Assembly (NCBI GenBank): GCA_965658695.1
Contig: CBFHTR010000002.1
Span: forward strand, 58,843 to 122,842
DNA: 64,000 nucleotides
From: Spiribacter sp.
GTDB taxonomy: Bacteria; Pseudomonadota; Gammaproteobacteria; Nitrococcales; Nitrococcaceae
Direction of reading: 5' to 3'
The notes beneath the pieces were generated by a model, which had not been told where the DNA came from, did no database searches, and saw nothing but the letters and a program-made list of their open reading frames with translations. The position numbers and the translations under genes are program-made. Shown here piece by piece: positions 1-9,208 of this stretch (the stretch's first letter is position 1; the number at the start of each line of letters is the position of its first letter).

Positions 1-848
1 ATTGCCAGCACCGCCTCTTGCAACGACGGCGGTTGCACGGGATCAAAGGCATTCGCCGCATCTTCTGGCAGTACTGGGTGCGCCTCTACCAACAACGAGC
101 TTCCAGACCAGCCGGCTTTCACCGGTTGATTAACAATACTCACACTCGTGCCAACTGGCAGGCGGTTGAACAGCGACTCCACGTCTTCCGGGAACATCCG
201 GATGCAGCCGTGCGTTACCCGCATGCCAATACCCCGCGGTTCGTTGGTGCCGTGTATCAAATAAGCCCCACCGGGAACATCCAGTCGCATTTTGTGGTTG
301 CCAAGCGGATTATCCGGCCCGGGTGGCACGGCATTTGGCAGCGGCCTTCCCTGTGCCGCACGCTCCTCAAGAATAGATTTTGGCGGAAACCAGAACGGGT
401 TTTCGGTTTTCTCAGTGATGCGCGTAACACCAATGGGTGTCACCCAATCCATCCGCCCGACGCTAATCGGATAGGTCTCAACGCGGGCGGGCTCGTTATC
501 ATCAGCCGCGGGGTAATAATAAAGCCGCATCTCCGCCAGATTGATCACGACACCCTCGCGCGGTGCGTTGGGCAGGACAAAACGGCTGGGAATAATAATG
601 GTTGTCCCTGCGCCGGGCAGCCAAACATCCACACCCGGATTGGCACGACGCATCTCTTCGTAACCCACGCCATATTCCCGCCCTAAGGCCAGCAGCGTGT
701 CTTCTTCGGCCGCCTCGATACGCTGCACCTCACCAATCACATCGACATCGGGCGGAGGCAGCGGAAATTCCAGCGAAAGCGCCGTCGCAGGCGCCGCCAG
801 TATAAAGAGCGTAAGAACCAACGCCATCGACTGCTTAAGAGCGTTCAT
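1..848 (-). CDS. L,D-transpeptidase, ErfK/YcfS/YnhG family (3' end runs off the window)
   Basis: Not in the ORF track; translated by hand from ATG at 848: MNALKQSMALVLTLFILAAPATA (signal peptide)...EDTLLALGREYGVGYEEMRRANPGVDVWLP...VVINLAEMRLYYYP...PPGPDNPLG...LIHGTNEPRGIGMRVTHGCIRMFPEDVE (YkuD catalytic His/Cys motif). Confidence 0.92.
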   Translation of the reverse strand, partial: MNALKQSMALVLTLFILAAPATALSLEFPLPPPDVDVIGEVQRIEAAEEDTLLALGREYGVGYEEMRRANPGVDVWLPGAGTTIIIPSRFVLPNAPREGVVINLAEMRLYYYPAADDNEPARVETYPISVGRMDWVTPIGVTRITEKTENPFWFPPKSILEERAAQGRPLPNAVPPGPDNPLGNHKMRLDVPGGAYLIHGTNEPRGIGMRVTHGCIRMFPEDVESLFNRLPVGTSVSIVNQPVKAGWSGSSLLVEAHPVLPEDAANAFDPVQPPSLQEAVLA

Positions 849-926
849 CTATAACCTGCTAACCGTGCACGATCTGCCATAATGTACCGCAAACGCCCAC
901 CTATCGGATGATCTGGAGACATTGCC

Positions 927-1172
927 ATGGATGAAACCACACGCACCGAGCTTGAAGCCGCCGCCTTTCGACGCCTGGTTCAGCACCTTCGCGAGCGTAC
1001 TGATGTCCAGAATATAGACCTGATGGATCTTGCTGGGTTCTGTCGCAACTGCCTGTCGCGCTGGTATGCCGAAGCAGCGGCTGAGAAAGACGTAGAGCTG
1101 GACAAGGAATCAGCCCGAGAAATTATCTACGGCATGCCCTATTCCGAATGGAAAGACCGTTATCAGCAATAA
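927..1172 (+). CDS. DUF1244 family small protein
   Basis: ELEAAAFRRLVQHLRERTDVQNIDLMDLAGFCRNCLSRWY and IYGMPYSEWK signatures; GGAG RBS upstream. Confidence 0.85.
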   Translation: MDETTRTELEAAAFRRLVQHLRERTDVQNIDLMDLAGFCRNCLSRWYAEAAAEKDVELDKESAREIIYGMPYSEWKDRYQQ

Positions 1173-1223
1173 ATAATGCTGAAAGGGGTTCGTTTTCCTC
1201 GTTTTTTGCGTAATAATTCAGGT

Positions 1224-1796
1224 ATGAGCAAGCGTGCCACATACATTGTCACCGTCACATTCGCTGCTTGTGCGGCGATGAGTGGTAATGCGTTGGCCCA
1301 GTCCAGTGAGTGGACTCGCGCCCTGCAGCCCGAGCTTGAGCTGACTTCTCATTTGAGCGACCGGCTGGATATTCGTTTTGGCATCAGCGCAGAGCCAATG
1401 CGTCCTGAGGCTGATCGCGGCCCAATCTTTTCTTTAGGCGATGAGACCATGCAGTTTTCGGCATTGGTGGATTACTCGCTTCACAGTAGCGGCCTACGAA
1501 TGACCGGTGGCGCTCTGTACGATGAAACTTGGTTGAACGATGACTCCCTCGCCATGCCATCGCTCAATGGCGAAGACATGCGCACTTATGTGGGTGTTGG
1601 CTGGGACAATGACCTTGGCAGTAACGGACGCTTCGGGCTGTCCCTCGATATGGGCCTGACATTCGAGGGTATGGATGATTCAGTCAATCTGGATGGGGAT
1701 GCCACTGAGTCTTCCAACAATGCTATTTTCGGCAGCGCTTTTGATAGTTGGCTCTACACGCCTAGCTTCTCTGCCGGCGTCGAAGTGCGGTTCTAA
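1224..1796 (+). CDS. Exported hypothetical protein, probable small outer-membrane beta-barrel
   Basis: Signal peptide MSKRATYIV...NALA from ATG 1224; alternating beta-strand segments (YVGVGW, LSLDMGLTF); C-terminal GVEVRF resembles a BamA beta-signal. Confidence 0.6.
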   Translation: MSKRATYIVTVTFAACAAMSGNALAQSSEWTRALQPELELTSHLSDRLDIRFGISAEPMRPEADRGPIFSLGDETMQFSALVDYSLHSSGLRMTGGALYDETWLNDDSLAMPSLNGEDMRTYVGVGWDNDLGSNGRFGLSLDMGLTFEGMDDSVNLDGDATESSNNAIFGSAFDSWLYTPSFSAGVEVRF

Positions 1797-1810
1797 ACTC
1801 AATCCCTGTT

Positions 1811-1900
1811 GATTCGGCCCTACCGGGCCTCTCCCTTCGGGCGCTTCGCTTCCGCTCAGCGTCCCAATCAGCTTCCGCTGATTGGTCGAACCCGCTTTGC
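1811..1900 (-). ncRNA. Structured tRNA-trailer element (RtT / tRNA-linked-repeat-like)
   Basis: Four short hairpins: 1816-1829, ~1833-1841, 1842-1861 and a perfect 9-bp stem CCAATCAGC/GCTGATTGG at 1864-1885; two have GGAA (GNRA) loops on the minus strand. From memory it resembles elements found 3' of gammaproteobacterial tRNA-Ser/Tyr genes. Confidence 0.45.
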
Positions 1901-1931
1901 TTGCTCCGGGGGTTCGAACCCCGGCACCTCA

Positions 1932-1970
1932 AGACACAAAAAAGGGGCCGCTGGCCCCTATTTTGTGTCT
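1932..1970. terminator. Bidirectional intrinsic terminator after tRNA-Ser
   Basis: AGACACAAAAAAGGGGCC-GCT-GGCCCCTATTTTGTGTCT; GC stem 1944-1958 followed by a T6 run on the minus strand and TATTTT on the plus strand. Confidence 0.85.
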
Positions 1971-2059
1971 GGCGGAGAGGGAGGGATTCGAACCCCCGGA
2001 GCCCCTAGAGGCTCAACGGATTTCAAGTCCGCCGCATTCGACCACTCTGCCACCTCTCC
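1970..2059 (-). tRNA. tRNA-Ser(TGA)
   Basis: Reverse complement GGAGAGGTGGCAGAGTGGTCGAATGCGGCGGACT-TGA-AATCCGTTGAGCCTCTAGGGGCTCCGGGGGTTCGAATCCCTCCCTCTCCGCCA; 90 nt, long variable arm, encoded CCA. Confidence 0.97.
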
Positions 2060-2069
2060 AAGGAGTAAG

Positions 2070-2098
2070 ATTCTCCCCTGCCCGCGCCGATGAGGCAA
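2070..2098 (-). promoter_or_regulatory. Putative sigma70 promoter of tRNA-Ser
   Basis: TTGCCT-N17-GAGAAT on the minus strand, 10 nt upstream of the tRNA 5' end. Confidence 0.55.
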
Positions 2099-2101
2099 GT
2101 C

Positions 2102-3133
2102 TCATAAAACCGGGCATTGTTGGGCAATTGCACGCGCGGCATTCCGAATAAGCTTTGGTCCCTCGTAAATAAACCCGGTATACAGCTGAACTAAATCGGC
2201 TCCGGCCTGGATCTTCTCAACCGCATCGTCAGCACTGAGGATGCCCCCCACACCGATAATCGGCAGCGTGGGGCCAGCCTGCTGACGGATGCGCTCGACC
2301 ACTTCGGTGGCCCGAGCCCGAAGTGGGGCTCCACTCAGTCCACCTGCCTCCGATGCACGCCGATGACCTGCAACGGCATCACGAGCGATGGTGGTATTGG
2401 TGGCACTCACGCCATCAATGGACTGCTCCAACAAGACATCCAGCGTTGCCGCAATATCCTCATTGGCAAGATCTGGGGCAATCTTCACCAATAGCGGCAC
2501 ATATCGGCCAAAAGAATCAGCAAGCTCAGCCTGTCTTGCCTTAAGCGGCCGGATGAGTGCCTGTAACTGGGTCGCCGCCTGCAGATCGCGTAGCCCCGGT
2601 GTGTTCGGCGAGGAGAGATTGATCACCACGTAATCGGCCATGGGGTAGACAGCATCGAGCGCAAGGAGATAGTCATCCAAGGCCTGCTCAACGGGTGTCT
2701 GGCGATTTTTGCCAATATTGATGCCAATTGGCACATCAACAAGCGGCTGGGCTTTTTGAACCTGGCTGCATAGATGTTCCAGGCCCTGGTTATTAAATCC
2801 AAGGCGGTTAATCAGCGCCCGGTGCTCTGGCAGCCGGAAGAGCCGTGGAGCGGGATTGCCAGGCTGTGCCCGCGGCGTCACTGTACCTATTTCCAGAAAC
2901 CCAAAGCCAAGCGCGGCCAAACCGCGAATATGATCGCCATCCTTATCCAGCCCTGCCGATAACCCAACGGCATTGGGAAAATGAATGCCCATTAGGTCAC
3001 GCGGATCATTGACGCGTGCCGGCAGCCAACGCGTGAGGCTCGTCTGAGCTGCGATATCCAGCGCACCCAACGCCACGCCATGCGCCCGCTCTGGCGGCAA
3101 CATAAACAACAGGCTTCGCATAAGAGCAAACAT
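2102..3133 (-). CDS. pyrD: Quinone-dependent dihydroorotate dehydrogenase (class 2)
   Basis: PPERAH, GLSAGLDKDG, INRLGFNN, NLSSPNTPGLR, VKIAPDL, GGLSG motifs. Confidence 0.97.
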   Translation of the reverse strand: MFALMRSLLFMLPPERAHGVALGALDIAAQTSLTRWLPARVNDPRDLMGIHFPNAVGLSAGLDKDGDHIRGLAALGFGFLEIGTVTPRAQPGNPAPRLFRLPEHRALINRLGFNNQGLEHLCSQVQKAQPLVDVPIGINIGKNRQTPVEQALDDYLLALDAVYPMADYVVINLSSPNTPGLRDLQAATQLQALIRPLKARQAELADSFGRYVPLLVKIAPDLANEDIAATLDVLLEQSIDGVSATNTTIARDAVAGHRRASEAGGLSGAPLRARATEVVERIRQQAGPTLPIIGVGGILSADDAVEKIQAGADLVQLYTGFIYEGPKLIRNAARAIAQQCPVL

Positions 3134-3199
3134 CGGACTCGACCTCTGACAGAGAGCTGCCTAGACTGACAACATTGAAATTGTAGCAGGAGTGCCGGT

Positions 3200-3967
3200 A
3201 TGCGCCGTGTGGTCTTTAACCAAAAAGGAGGCGTTGGCAAATCCACCATTACGTGCAACCTCGCGGCCCTCTCGGCTCATCAGGGGTTGCGAACACTGCT
3301 GATTGACCTCGACCCGCAGGCCAACTCAACGCATTACTTGCTCGGCGAGACTATTGCCAACGCCGATGAAACCATTGCCGGGTATTTTGAAGATACTTTG
3401 AGCTTTCGCATCTACCCGCGTGAGATCAGTACCATCGCCAGGCCAACCGGGTACGACAATCTCTTTGTAGCAGCAGCGCATGATTCTTTAGAGCCACTGC
3501 AGGGCCGGCTTGAATCCCGTTATAAAATCTACAAGCTGCGCGAGTCTCTCGAGGCCTTGACGGACTTTGATCGTATTTACATCGATACGCCACCGGCGCT
3601 CAACTTCTACACCCGCTCGGCGTTAATCGCAGCACAACGTTGCCTTATTCCCTTCGACTGTGATGCCTTTGCTCGCCAGGCACTCGATGAGCTGATTGCT
3701 GCAGTCGAAGAACTTCGGGCTGATCACAATCCCGGCCTCTCCATCGAGGGCATCGTGGTCAATCAATTTCAAGCACGCGCCCGGCTGCCTCAGCGGTTGG
3801 TTGATGCACTAGAACAAACCGGCGTGCCCGTACTCAAGCCCTATTTGAATGCCTCGGTGAAAGTCCGGGAATCGCATGAAGCGGCCAAACCGCTCATCGC
3901 AATGGCACCTAAACATAAACTCACCGATGCCTTTCAAGCACTATATCGCGCGCTGGAACCTAAATGA
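3200..3967 (+). CDS. Orphan ParA/Soj-family ATPase
   Basis: Deviant Walker [22 protein letters not shown]; no parB next to it. Confidence 0.9.
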   Translation: MRRVVFNQKGGVGKSTITCNLAALSAHQGLRTLLIDLDPQANSTHYLLGETIANADETIAGYFEDTLSFRIYPREISTIARPTGYDNLFVAAAHDSLEPLQGRLESRYKIYKLRESLEALTDFDRIYIDTPPALNFYTRSALIAAQRCLIPFDCDAFARQALDELIAAVEELRADHNPGLSIEGIVVNQFQARARLPQRLVDALEQTGVPVLKPYLNASVKVRESHEAAKPLIAMAPKHKLTDAFQALYRALEPK

Positions 3968-4464
3968 GTGAGGCGTTGATTGAAACCAGCCTACTGCTTG
4001 AGCGGGTGATCCGGGATTTTCTTCATGACCAGGCGATCAACGCCCCCGGCATACCCGCCCTGATTAGTGCCGATACCGCCTTATGTCGGGCAGCAGAGGC
4101 CGCTGGCGGATGTGTGATTTCACCATCGCAGGCAACGCCCGAATACTTTGGCAGCGAGCGCATGCCGGTTGCCATTGTTGATGCCATGGCCGATTTCCAT
4201 GCCCCGCAACAGGCAATCACGCTGCTCAGCCAGCTTCGGGATATTTATGCCATGCAGGTATTGGTGATCACGCAAGGGACAAACGTCCCCTTGGACCGAG
4301 CCACCTTAACCAGTCTGGGCTTTCACCGCTGGCAGACCAGCCTGCATGCCTCAGACAAGCGAATATGGTTTATTTTTGATTTGGCGCACTACAAAGTCAC
4401 TCCCGATTGGCTCAACCCTCGACATTGGGCCAATCCAGAGCTCTGGGACAAATACCGCTGGTAG
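3964..4464 (+). CDS. DUF6231-like protein
   Basis: C-terminal [29 protein letters not shown] signature; ATGA overlap with parA. Confidence 0.7.
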   Translation: MSEALIETSLLLERVIRDFLHDQAINAPGIPALISADTALCRAAEAAGGCVISPSQATPEYFGSERMPVAIVDAMADFHAPQQAITLLSQLRDIYAMQVLVITQGTNVPLDRATLTSLGFHRWQTSLHASDKRIWFIFDLAHYKVTPDWLNPRHWANPELWDKYRW

Positions 4465-4468
4465 TCAG

Positions 4469-5302
4469 TCAGCGCAGCCAATTAATAATGGTATCGGCAG
4501 CTCGCTGCCAGCCAGCGTCCATCATCATGGCATGCGCCATATCATCGAGCAGATGCCAGTCCGCATGCCATAAATCCGCTACGGCCTTACATTCCGTGGG
4601 CTGAAAGAGCGCATCGTTGCTACCACCCATCACCATCATGCGGGGCTGATTCGCAGCCAGCCAAGGGCGGCCAGAAGCCATAACTGTCATATCCCAGAGT
4701 GCGCGCCGGGATTCACGCTGAATGTTTTTGCTCGCTGCAGTAACTTCCGCAGCAGGCAGATCATCAGAGAACACCGCACGTCGAGCGATTTCTTCATCCG
4801 CGGAGTCCGCGCCGAGCGTCTGCATCAGACCGTACTGCCAAAAAAGCAGTGGGTCAGCGAATGCCATACGCAAGGTGGATGGCAAAAGACCCTGAGGGGG
4901 CACGGGAGCCATAAGCACTGCAGCGGCGGCCGAATGTTGCTCCAAATAGCGCTGCACCACGACAGCCCCCATGGAATGACCAATCAGAATTGGCGGAGGC
5001 GAATCAAGTTCCTCCACCACCGCAGCGATATCCGCCACGTATTCTCGGATACCAAAGTGATCCAAACGCTCCCCACCCTGACTGCCACCATGGCCACGCA
5101 GACTCGGGGCGTAACAATCAAAACCATGGGCTGCAAAGTACGCCAGAAAGTGCCGCTGCCAGCACCATGCGCCAACAAAGGCTCCATGCACAAACACGAT
5201 TGGCGGTCGATTTTTCTCGCCAGCGAGGCTGGATTGAGCGGAGAAACACTCAAGTGTTGGTGAAAAATACGTAGTTGAGAGTAAGCTCGAAGAGACGGAC
5301 AT
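4469..5302 (-). CDS. Alpha/beta hydrolase (esterase/lysophospholipase-like)
   Basis: FVHGA oxyanion motif, LRGHG, GHSMG nucleophile elbow, D...HAMM triad. Confidence 0.9.
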   Translation of the reverse strand: MSVSSSLLSTTYFSPTLECFSAQSSLAGEKNRPPIVFVHGAFVGAWCWQRHFLAYFAAHGFDCYAPSLRGHGGSQGGERLDHFGIREYVADIAAVVEELDSPPPILIGHSMGAVVVQRYLEQHSAAAAVLMAPVPPQGLLPSTLRMAFADPLLFWQYGLMQTLGADSADEEIARRAVFSDDLPAAEVTAASKNIQRESRRALWDMTVMASGRPWLAANQPRMMVMGGSNDALFQPTECKAVADLWHADWHLLDDMAHAMMMDAGWQRAADTIINWLR

Positions 5303-5420
5303 TATTTTCCTTTCGTTGGTGGCCGCTTTACGCTAGCAGAAAAATCAGCGAAATTTCCGTTACGTTGCGATGTCATAGCGATAAGCAATGAATAACACCT
5401 GAACTCTAGGAGGCCATGGC

Positions 5421-7484
5421 ATGCGTCGTCTTGCCCAGCTGCTGATCATCACCGCGCTTTCATCGCTACTCGCGATGGGGCCGGCTACTGGCAAGACGAT
5501 TGCGCCAGAGCCTATCCATGAACGTGCCGGTCAGGTCGTCGCCCAGCTTCTGTCTCGATACCACTACAATGATTTAGCAGTGAACGATGCGTTATCGCAG
5601 TCCGTTTATAGAACCTACTTCGAAGCACTCGACCCCCAACGGTTTTATTTCCTCGCCTCAGACGTCGCTGAGTTCTCGGATCGCGCCGACCAGCTTGATA
5701 ATGAACTATCGCGCGGCGATCTGACCACGGCATTCGCCATCTTTAAGCGCTATCGCGAACGCGTAGAGGCACGCAGCCAACATGCACTCCGTGTACTGGA
5801 TTCCGATCTTAATTTTGATGGCGACGCGACCTTGGAGCTCGATCGCAGAGAAGCCGATTGGACAGAGACCACAGCGGAGCTGGATGAGCTGTGGTCGAGA
5901 CGTGTACTCAATGATGTTCTAACCCAAAAACTCAATGGCCGCGCACTCGATGATATTCGCGAGAGCCTGCGCAAACGCTACGAGCGCTTGCCAAAGACAC
6001 TTTCACAGTACACGGCAGAAGATGTCTTCCAGGCTTTCATGAGCACCTGGGCTAGTGCCTATGATCCGCACAGCAGCTACATGTCACCCCGCAATTCCGA
6101 GAATTTTGATATCAATATGAGCCTTTCGCTCGAAGGCATTGGCGCTATGTTGAGCAGCGAGGGGGATTTCGTTGAAATCGTCGAGCTGATCACTGGCGGC
6201 CCGGCCGCTGCCAGCGGAGCGCTACAGGCTGGCGACCGGATTGTCGGTGTTGGTGAGAGTGAAGCTGGCATTGAAGATGTCGTCGGCTGGCGTCTTGGCG
6301 ATGTCGTTGATCTAATTCGCGGACCAAAAGACTCGGAAGTCTTTTTACGTGTTCTACCAAGTAGCAACCGCGGTGATAGCCGGGAACGGGTCATTCGCTT
6401 GGTCCGTAACACCATTGAGCTCGAAGAACAGGCTGCACAGGCCGAGCGCCTGACTATTGAGCGTGATGATCAGCCATTTCATATCGGCGTGATTACCATC
6501 CCCGCTTTCTACGCCGACTTCGGCGCCGCCAACGCTGGGGATCCGGACTATCGCAGCACTACTCGCGATGTGCGGCGGCTGCTTGCCGGCGAAAGCCTGA
6601 GCGGGGTTGATGCATTAATTATTGATTTACGCGGCAACGCAGGCGGTTCGCTGGAAGAGGCCATTCAATTGACCGGCCTTTTTATTGATGAAGGTCCTGT
6701 CGTTCAAGTCCATCGCAGTAATGGCCGCCGGGAGGTGCTCAATGACAACGAAGCCGAGCCGGCAATATACAACGGCCCACTCGGCGTCATGGTCGACGGT
6801 AATAGTGCATCGGCATCAGAGATTTTTGCCGCGGCTATGCAGGATTACGGCCGTGGTGTGGTGATGGGCGATCAGACCTTTGGCAAGGGTACCGTTCAGA
6901 CCCTGATTGGGCTTGACCGATTTGGCGTGGGGGATGAGCAAACACCAAGCGGCCGACTAAAACTCACGATTGCAAAATTTTATCGAATCAATGGCGAGAG
7001 TACACAGCTCACCGGCGTACAGCCCGATCTGGAGATGCCTTATCCGCATGCCAACGATGAAGTAGGCGAGCGAGCAGCTGATAACGCGCTGCCTTGGGAT
7101 ACGATCCGGTCAACCGACTATCGCCGCTTTACGGCGTTGGACCCGATCCTTGGAGAGCTCCGGCGCCGTCATGACCGGCGCTTGGCGCAGGAGCCGGCGC
7201 TACTGAGCGTTGCCGATGAAGCTCAGAGGCTGGAGCAGGAGGCGGCGGACACACGGGTGTCGTTGAATGAAGCTCAACGCATTGCGGAACTGGAGGCCTC
7301 TGAGGCGGCCCGATTAGAGGCAATTAACCGACAGCTTGCCGCCTACGGACAACCGGTGTTGGATTCCCTTGATGATATTGACCCGGAGGCGCTTCCCGAT
7401 GTGCTTTTGGATGAAGCGGCTGCCGTGATGGTGGATCTCATCGAGTTAACAGCCCCTCACGATCAGGTTGCAGCGGTTAGGTAA
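5421..7484 (+). CDS. prc: Carboxy-terminal processing protease Prc/Tsp (S41)
   Basis: Signal peptide, DPHSSY, LEGIGA, PDZ, DLRGNAGG, SASASEI, TFGKGTVQ. Confidence 0.95.
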   Translation: MRRLAQLLIITALSSLLAMGPATGKTIAPEPIHERAGQVVAQLLSRYHYNDLAVNDALSQSVYRTYFEALDPQRFYFLASDVAEFSDRADQLDNELSRGDLTTAFAIFKRYRERVEARSQHALRVLDSDLNFDGDATLELDRREADWTETTAELDELWSRRVLNDVLTQKLNGRALDDIRESLRKRYERLPKTLSQYTAEDVFQAFMSTWASAYDPHSSYMSPRNSENFDINMSLSLEGIGAMLSSEGDFVEIVELITGGPAAASGALQAGDRIVGVGESEAGIEDVVGWRLGDVVDLIRGPKDSEVFLRVLPSSNRGDSRERVIRLVRNTIELEEQAAQAERLTIERDDQPFHIGVITIPAFYADFGAANAGDPDYRSTTRDVRRLLAGESLSGVDALIIDLRGNAGGSLEEAIQLTGLFIDEGPVVQVHRSNGRREVLNDNEAEPAIYNGPLGVMVDGNSASASEIFAAAMQDYGRGVVMGDQTFGKGTVQTLIGLDRFGVGDEQTPSGRLKLTIAKFYRINGESTQLTGVQPDLEMPYPHANDEVGERAADNALPWDTIRSTDYRRFTALDPILGELRRRHDRRLAQEPALLSVADEAQRLEQEAADTRVSLNEAQRIAELEASEAARLEAINRQLAAYGQPVLDSLDDIDPEALPDVLLDEAAAVMVDLIELTAPHDQVAAVR

Positions 7485-9208
7485 TCGAATACCAGCTGCA
7501 ACCGCTCAGTGCCACGAAAAAGATTAACATCCAGCCGAAAGGCGCCGCTCACACGGCTACCAAGGCTCTCCCAGCCCCGATCGATGGCATTAAAGGCGAT
7601 GGCTTCCAAGGCGGGGCCGCGGCCCTGTGACGGCCGCACCGAAAGCTTGAGATGGGACTCCCCCACAATACGCTGAGATTGAATCACAAACTCATCTCGA
7701 AAGAGTGGTTCAGGAAAACCCGCACCCCATGGCCCGGCCATTCGCAATAGCTTGGCAGTCTCGAGCGTATAGGAAGCTGCCGGCAAAACACCATCTGTCC
7801 ACAAGATCTCAGCATCGCCATGACTGCCCACCCAGTCTGCGGCGATGTCACTAACAGCCTGTTGAAAGGCCTCGAGATCAGTCGCGGCAATCTGGAGCCC
7901 CGCTGCCATGGCATGGCCACCATAGCGACGAATTAACCGCCCTTCAGTGCGGGTGTCGATTGCTTCCAGCAAATCACGTATGTGGACGCCGGCAATGGAG
8001 CGCGCTGAGCCCTTTATTTCGCCCTGCTCACCCGGTGCGAAGGCAATGACTGGCCGGTGAAAATGCTCTTTAAGACGGCCAGCCACGATCCCCACCACGC
8101 CCTGATGCCAGTTGGCATCGAACAAACAGAGCACCGGGTCAACCCGCCCTGCCGCCTCGGCGATCTTGGCCTCGACATCCGCCATTGCCGAATCCCGCAT
8201 CTCCCGCTCTACTGCCCGGCGTTTGTTATTCAATGCATCCAACACGGCAGCGCGTTCATCGGCAACCGACTTGCTATCACTCACCAGCGCCTCAATACCA
8301 AGGGCCATGTCATCCAGTCTGCCAGCCGCGTTCAGACGCGGCGCCACGGCAAAACCCATATCATTGGCGCAGGCAAGCGCTGGCTCACGCCCGGCACACC
8401 GCAATAAGGCGTTAACTCCATAGCACCCTGCACCACCGCGTATCCGGCGGAGGCCCTGCTCAACCAGTAATCGATTGACATGATCCAATGTCACGACATC
8501 AGCGATGGTGCCGAGCGCAACGAGATCCAACTGTTCAGCTAAATTGGGCTCAGCGCGTGATTCCGTGAACCAGCCACGCCCGCGTAACACACCACGCAAG
8601 GCAAGCATTAAATAAAAACAAACCCCAACACCCGCCAGATTGCGGGCGGGGAAATCATCATCGGCAAGCTGCGGATTCACGATAGCAGCGGCATCCGGCA
8701 AAGATGCACCGGGCAGATGATGGTCGGTGACAACCACGGGTATACCCGACGCGTTGGCGGCCTCTACACCCGAATGCGCGGAGATTCCATTATCTACCGT
8801 GAGAATGAGTGAGGGCTTTAATGGTTTGGCATGCTCAATCAACGCAGCACTTAATCCATAACCCAATGCGAAGCGGTCTGGGACTAAATAATCCACCGAC
8901 CCCGCTCCCAGTGCCCGCAGGCTGCGTAACGCTACTGCCGTACTGGTTGCCCCATCGGCATCAAAATCGCCCACCACAAGGATCTTGCCACCGGTGGTCA
9001 GTGTATCGGCGAGTATCTCGGCAGCGGTTATGATCCCTGGCATGGTATCGGGTCTTGGCAGCGCATTGAGCCGGTAATCCAGCGCTTTTGCCGAGTGGAT
9101 GCCCCGCATGCGATAGAGACGTTCGAGCAGATCGGGGAAGCCTTCGAAGTGCTCCCCTGCGGCATCAGGCAGGGTTCGATCGCACAACCGGGTATGACGT
9201 GTATTCAT
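7463..9208 (-). CDS. recJ: Single-stranded-DNA exonuclease RecJ
   Basis: GDFDADGATS, TVDNG, TDHH, PRLNAAGR, GSARS, GGHAMAAG; start placed at ATG 9208, which overlaps the upstream stop. Confidence 0.96.
   Translation of the reverse strand: MNTRHTRLCDRTLPDAAGEHFEGFPDLLERLYRMRGIHSAKALDYRLNALPRPDTMPGIITAAEILADTLTTGGKILVVGDFDADGATSTAVALRSLRALGAGSVDYLVPDRFALGYGLSAALIEHAKPLKPSLILTVDNGISAHSGVEAANASGIPVVVTDHHLPGASLPDAAAIVNPQLADDDFPARNLAGVGVCFYLMLALRGVLRGRGWFTESRAEPNLAEQLDLVALGTIADVVTLDHVNRLLVEQGLRRIRGGAGCYGVNALLRCAGREPALACANDMGFAVAPRLNAAGRLDDMALGIEALVSDSKSVADERAAVLDALNNKRRAVEREMRDSAMADVEAKIAEAAGRVDPVLCLFDANWHQGVVGIVAGRLKEHFHRPVIAFAPGEQGEIKGSARSIAGVHIRDLLEAIDTRTEGRLIRRYGGHAMAAGLQIAATDLEAFQQAVSDIAADWVGSHGDAEILWTDGVLPAASYTLETAKLLRMAGPWGAGFPEPLFRDEFVIQSQRIVGESHLKLSVRPSQGRGPALEAIAFNAIDRGWESLGSRVSGAFRLDVNLFRGTERLQLVFDYLTAAT

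Noticed and set aside
18-686. 222-aa + strand ORF in the track
   Set aside because: Antisense shadow of the L,D-transpeptidase on the minus strand.
1797-2101. tRNA-Ser as the attachment site of an integrated element
   Set aside because: No integrase, no direct repeat of the tRNA 3' end seen in the window, and no compositional shift in flanking genes.
5350-5378. Sigma-E-like promoter GAAATT-N17-TCATA upstream of prc
   Set aside because: Plausible but short and mismatched in both elements; not supportable without TSS data.
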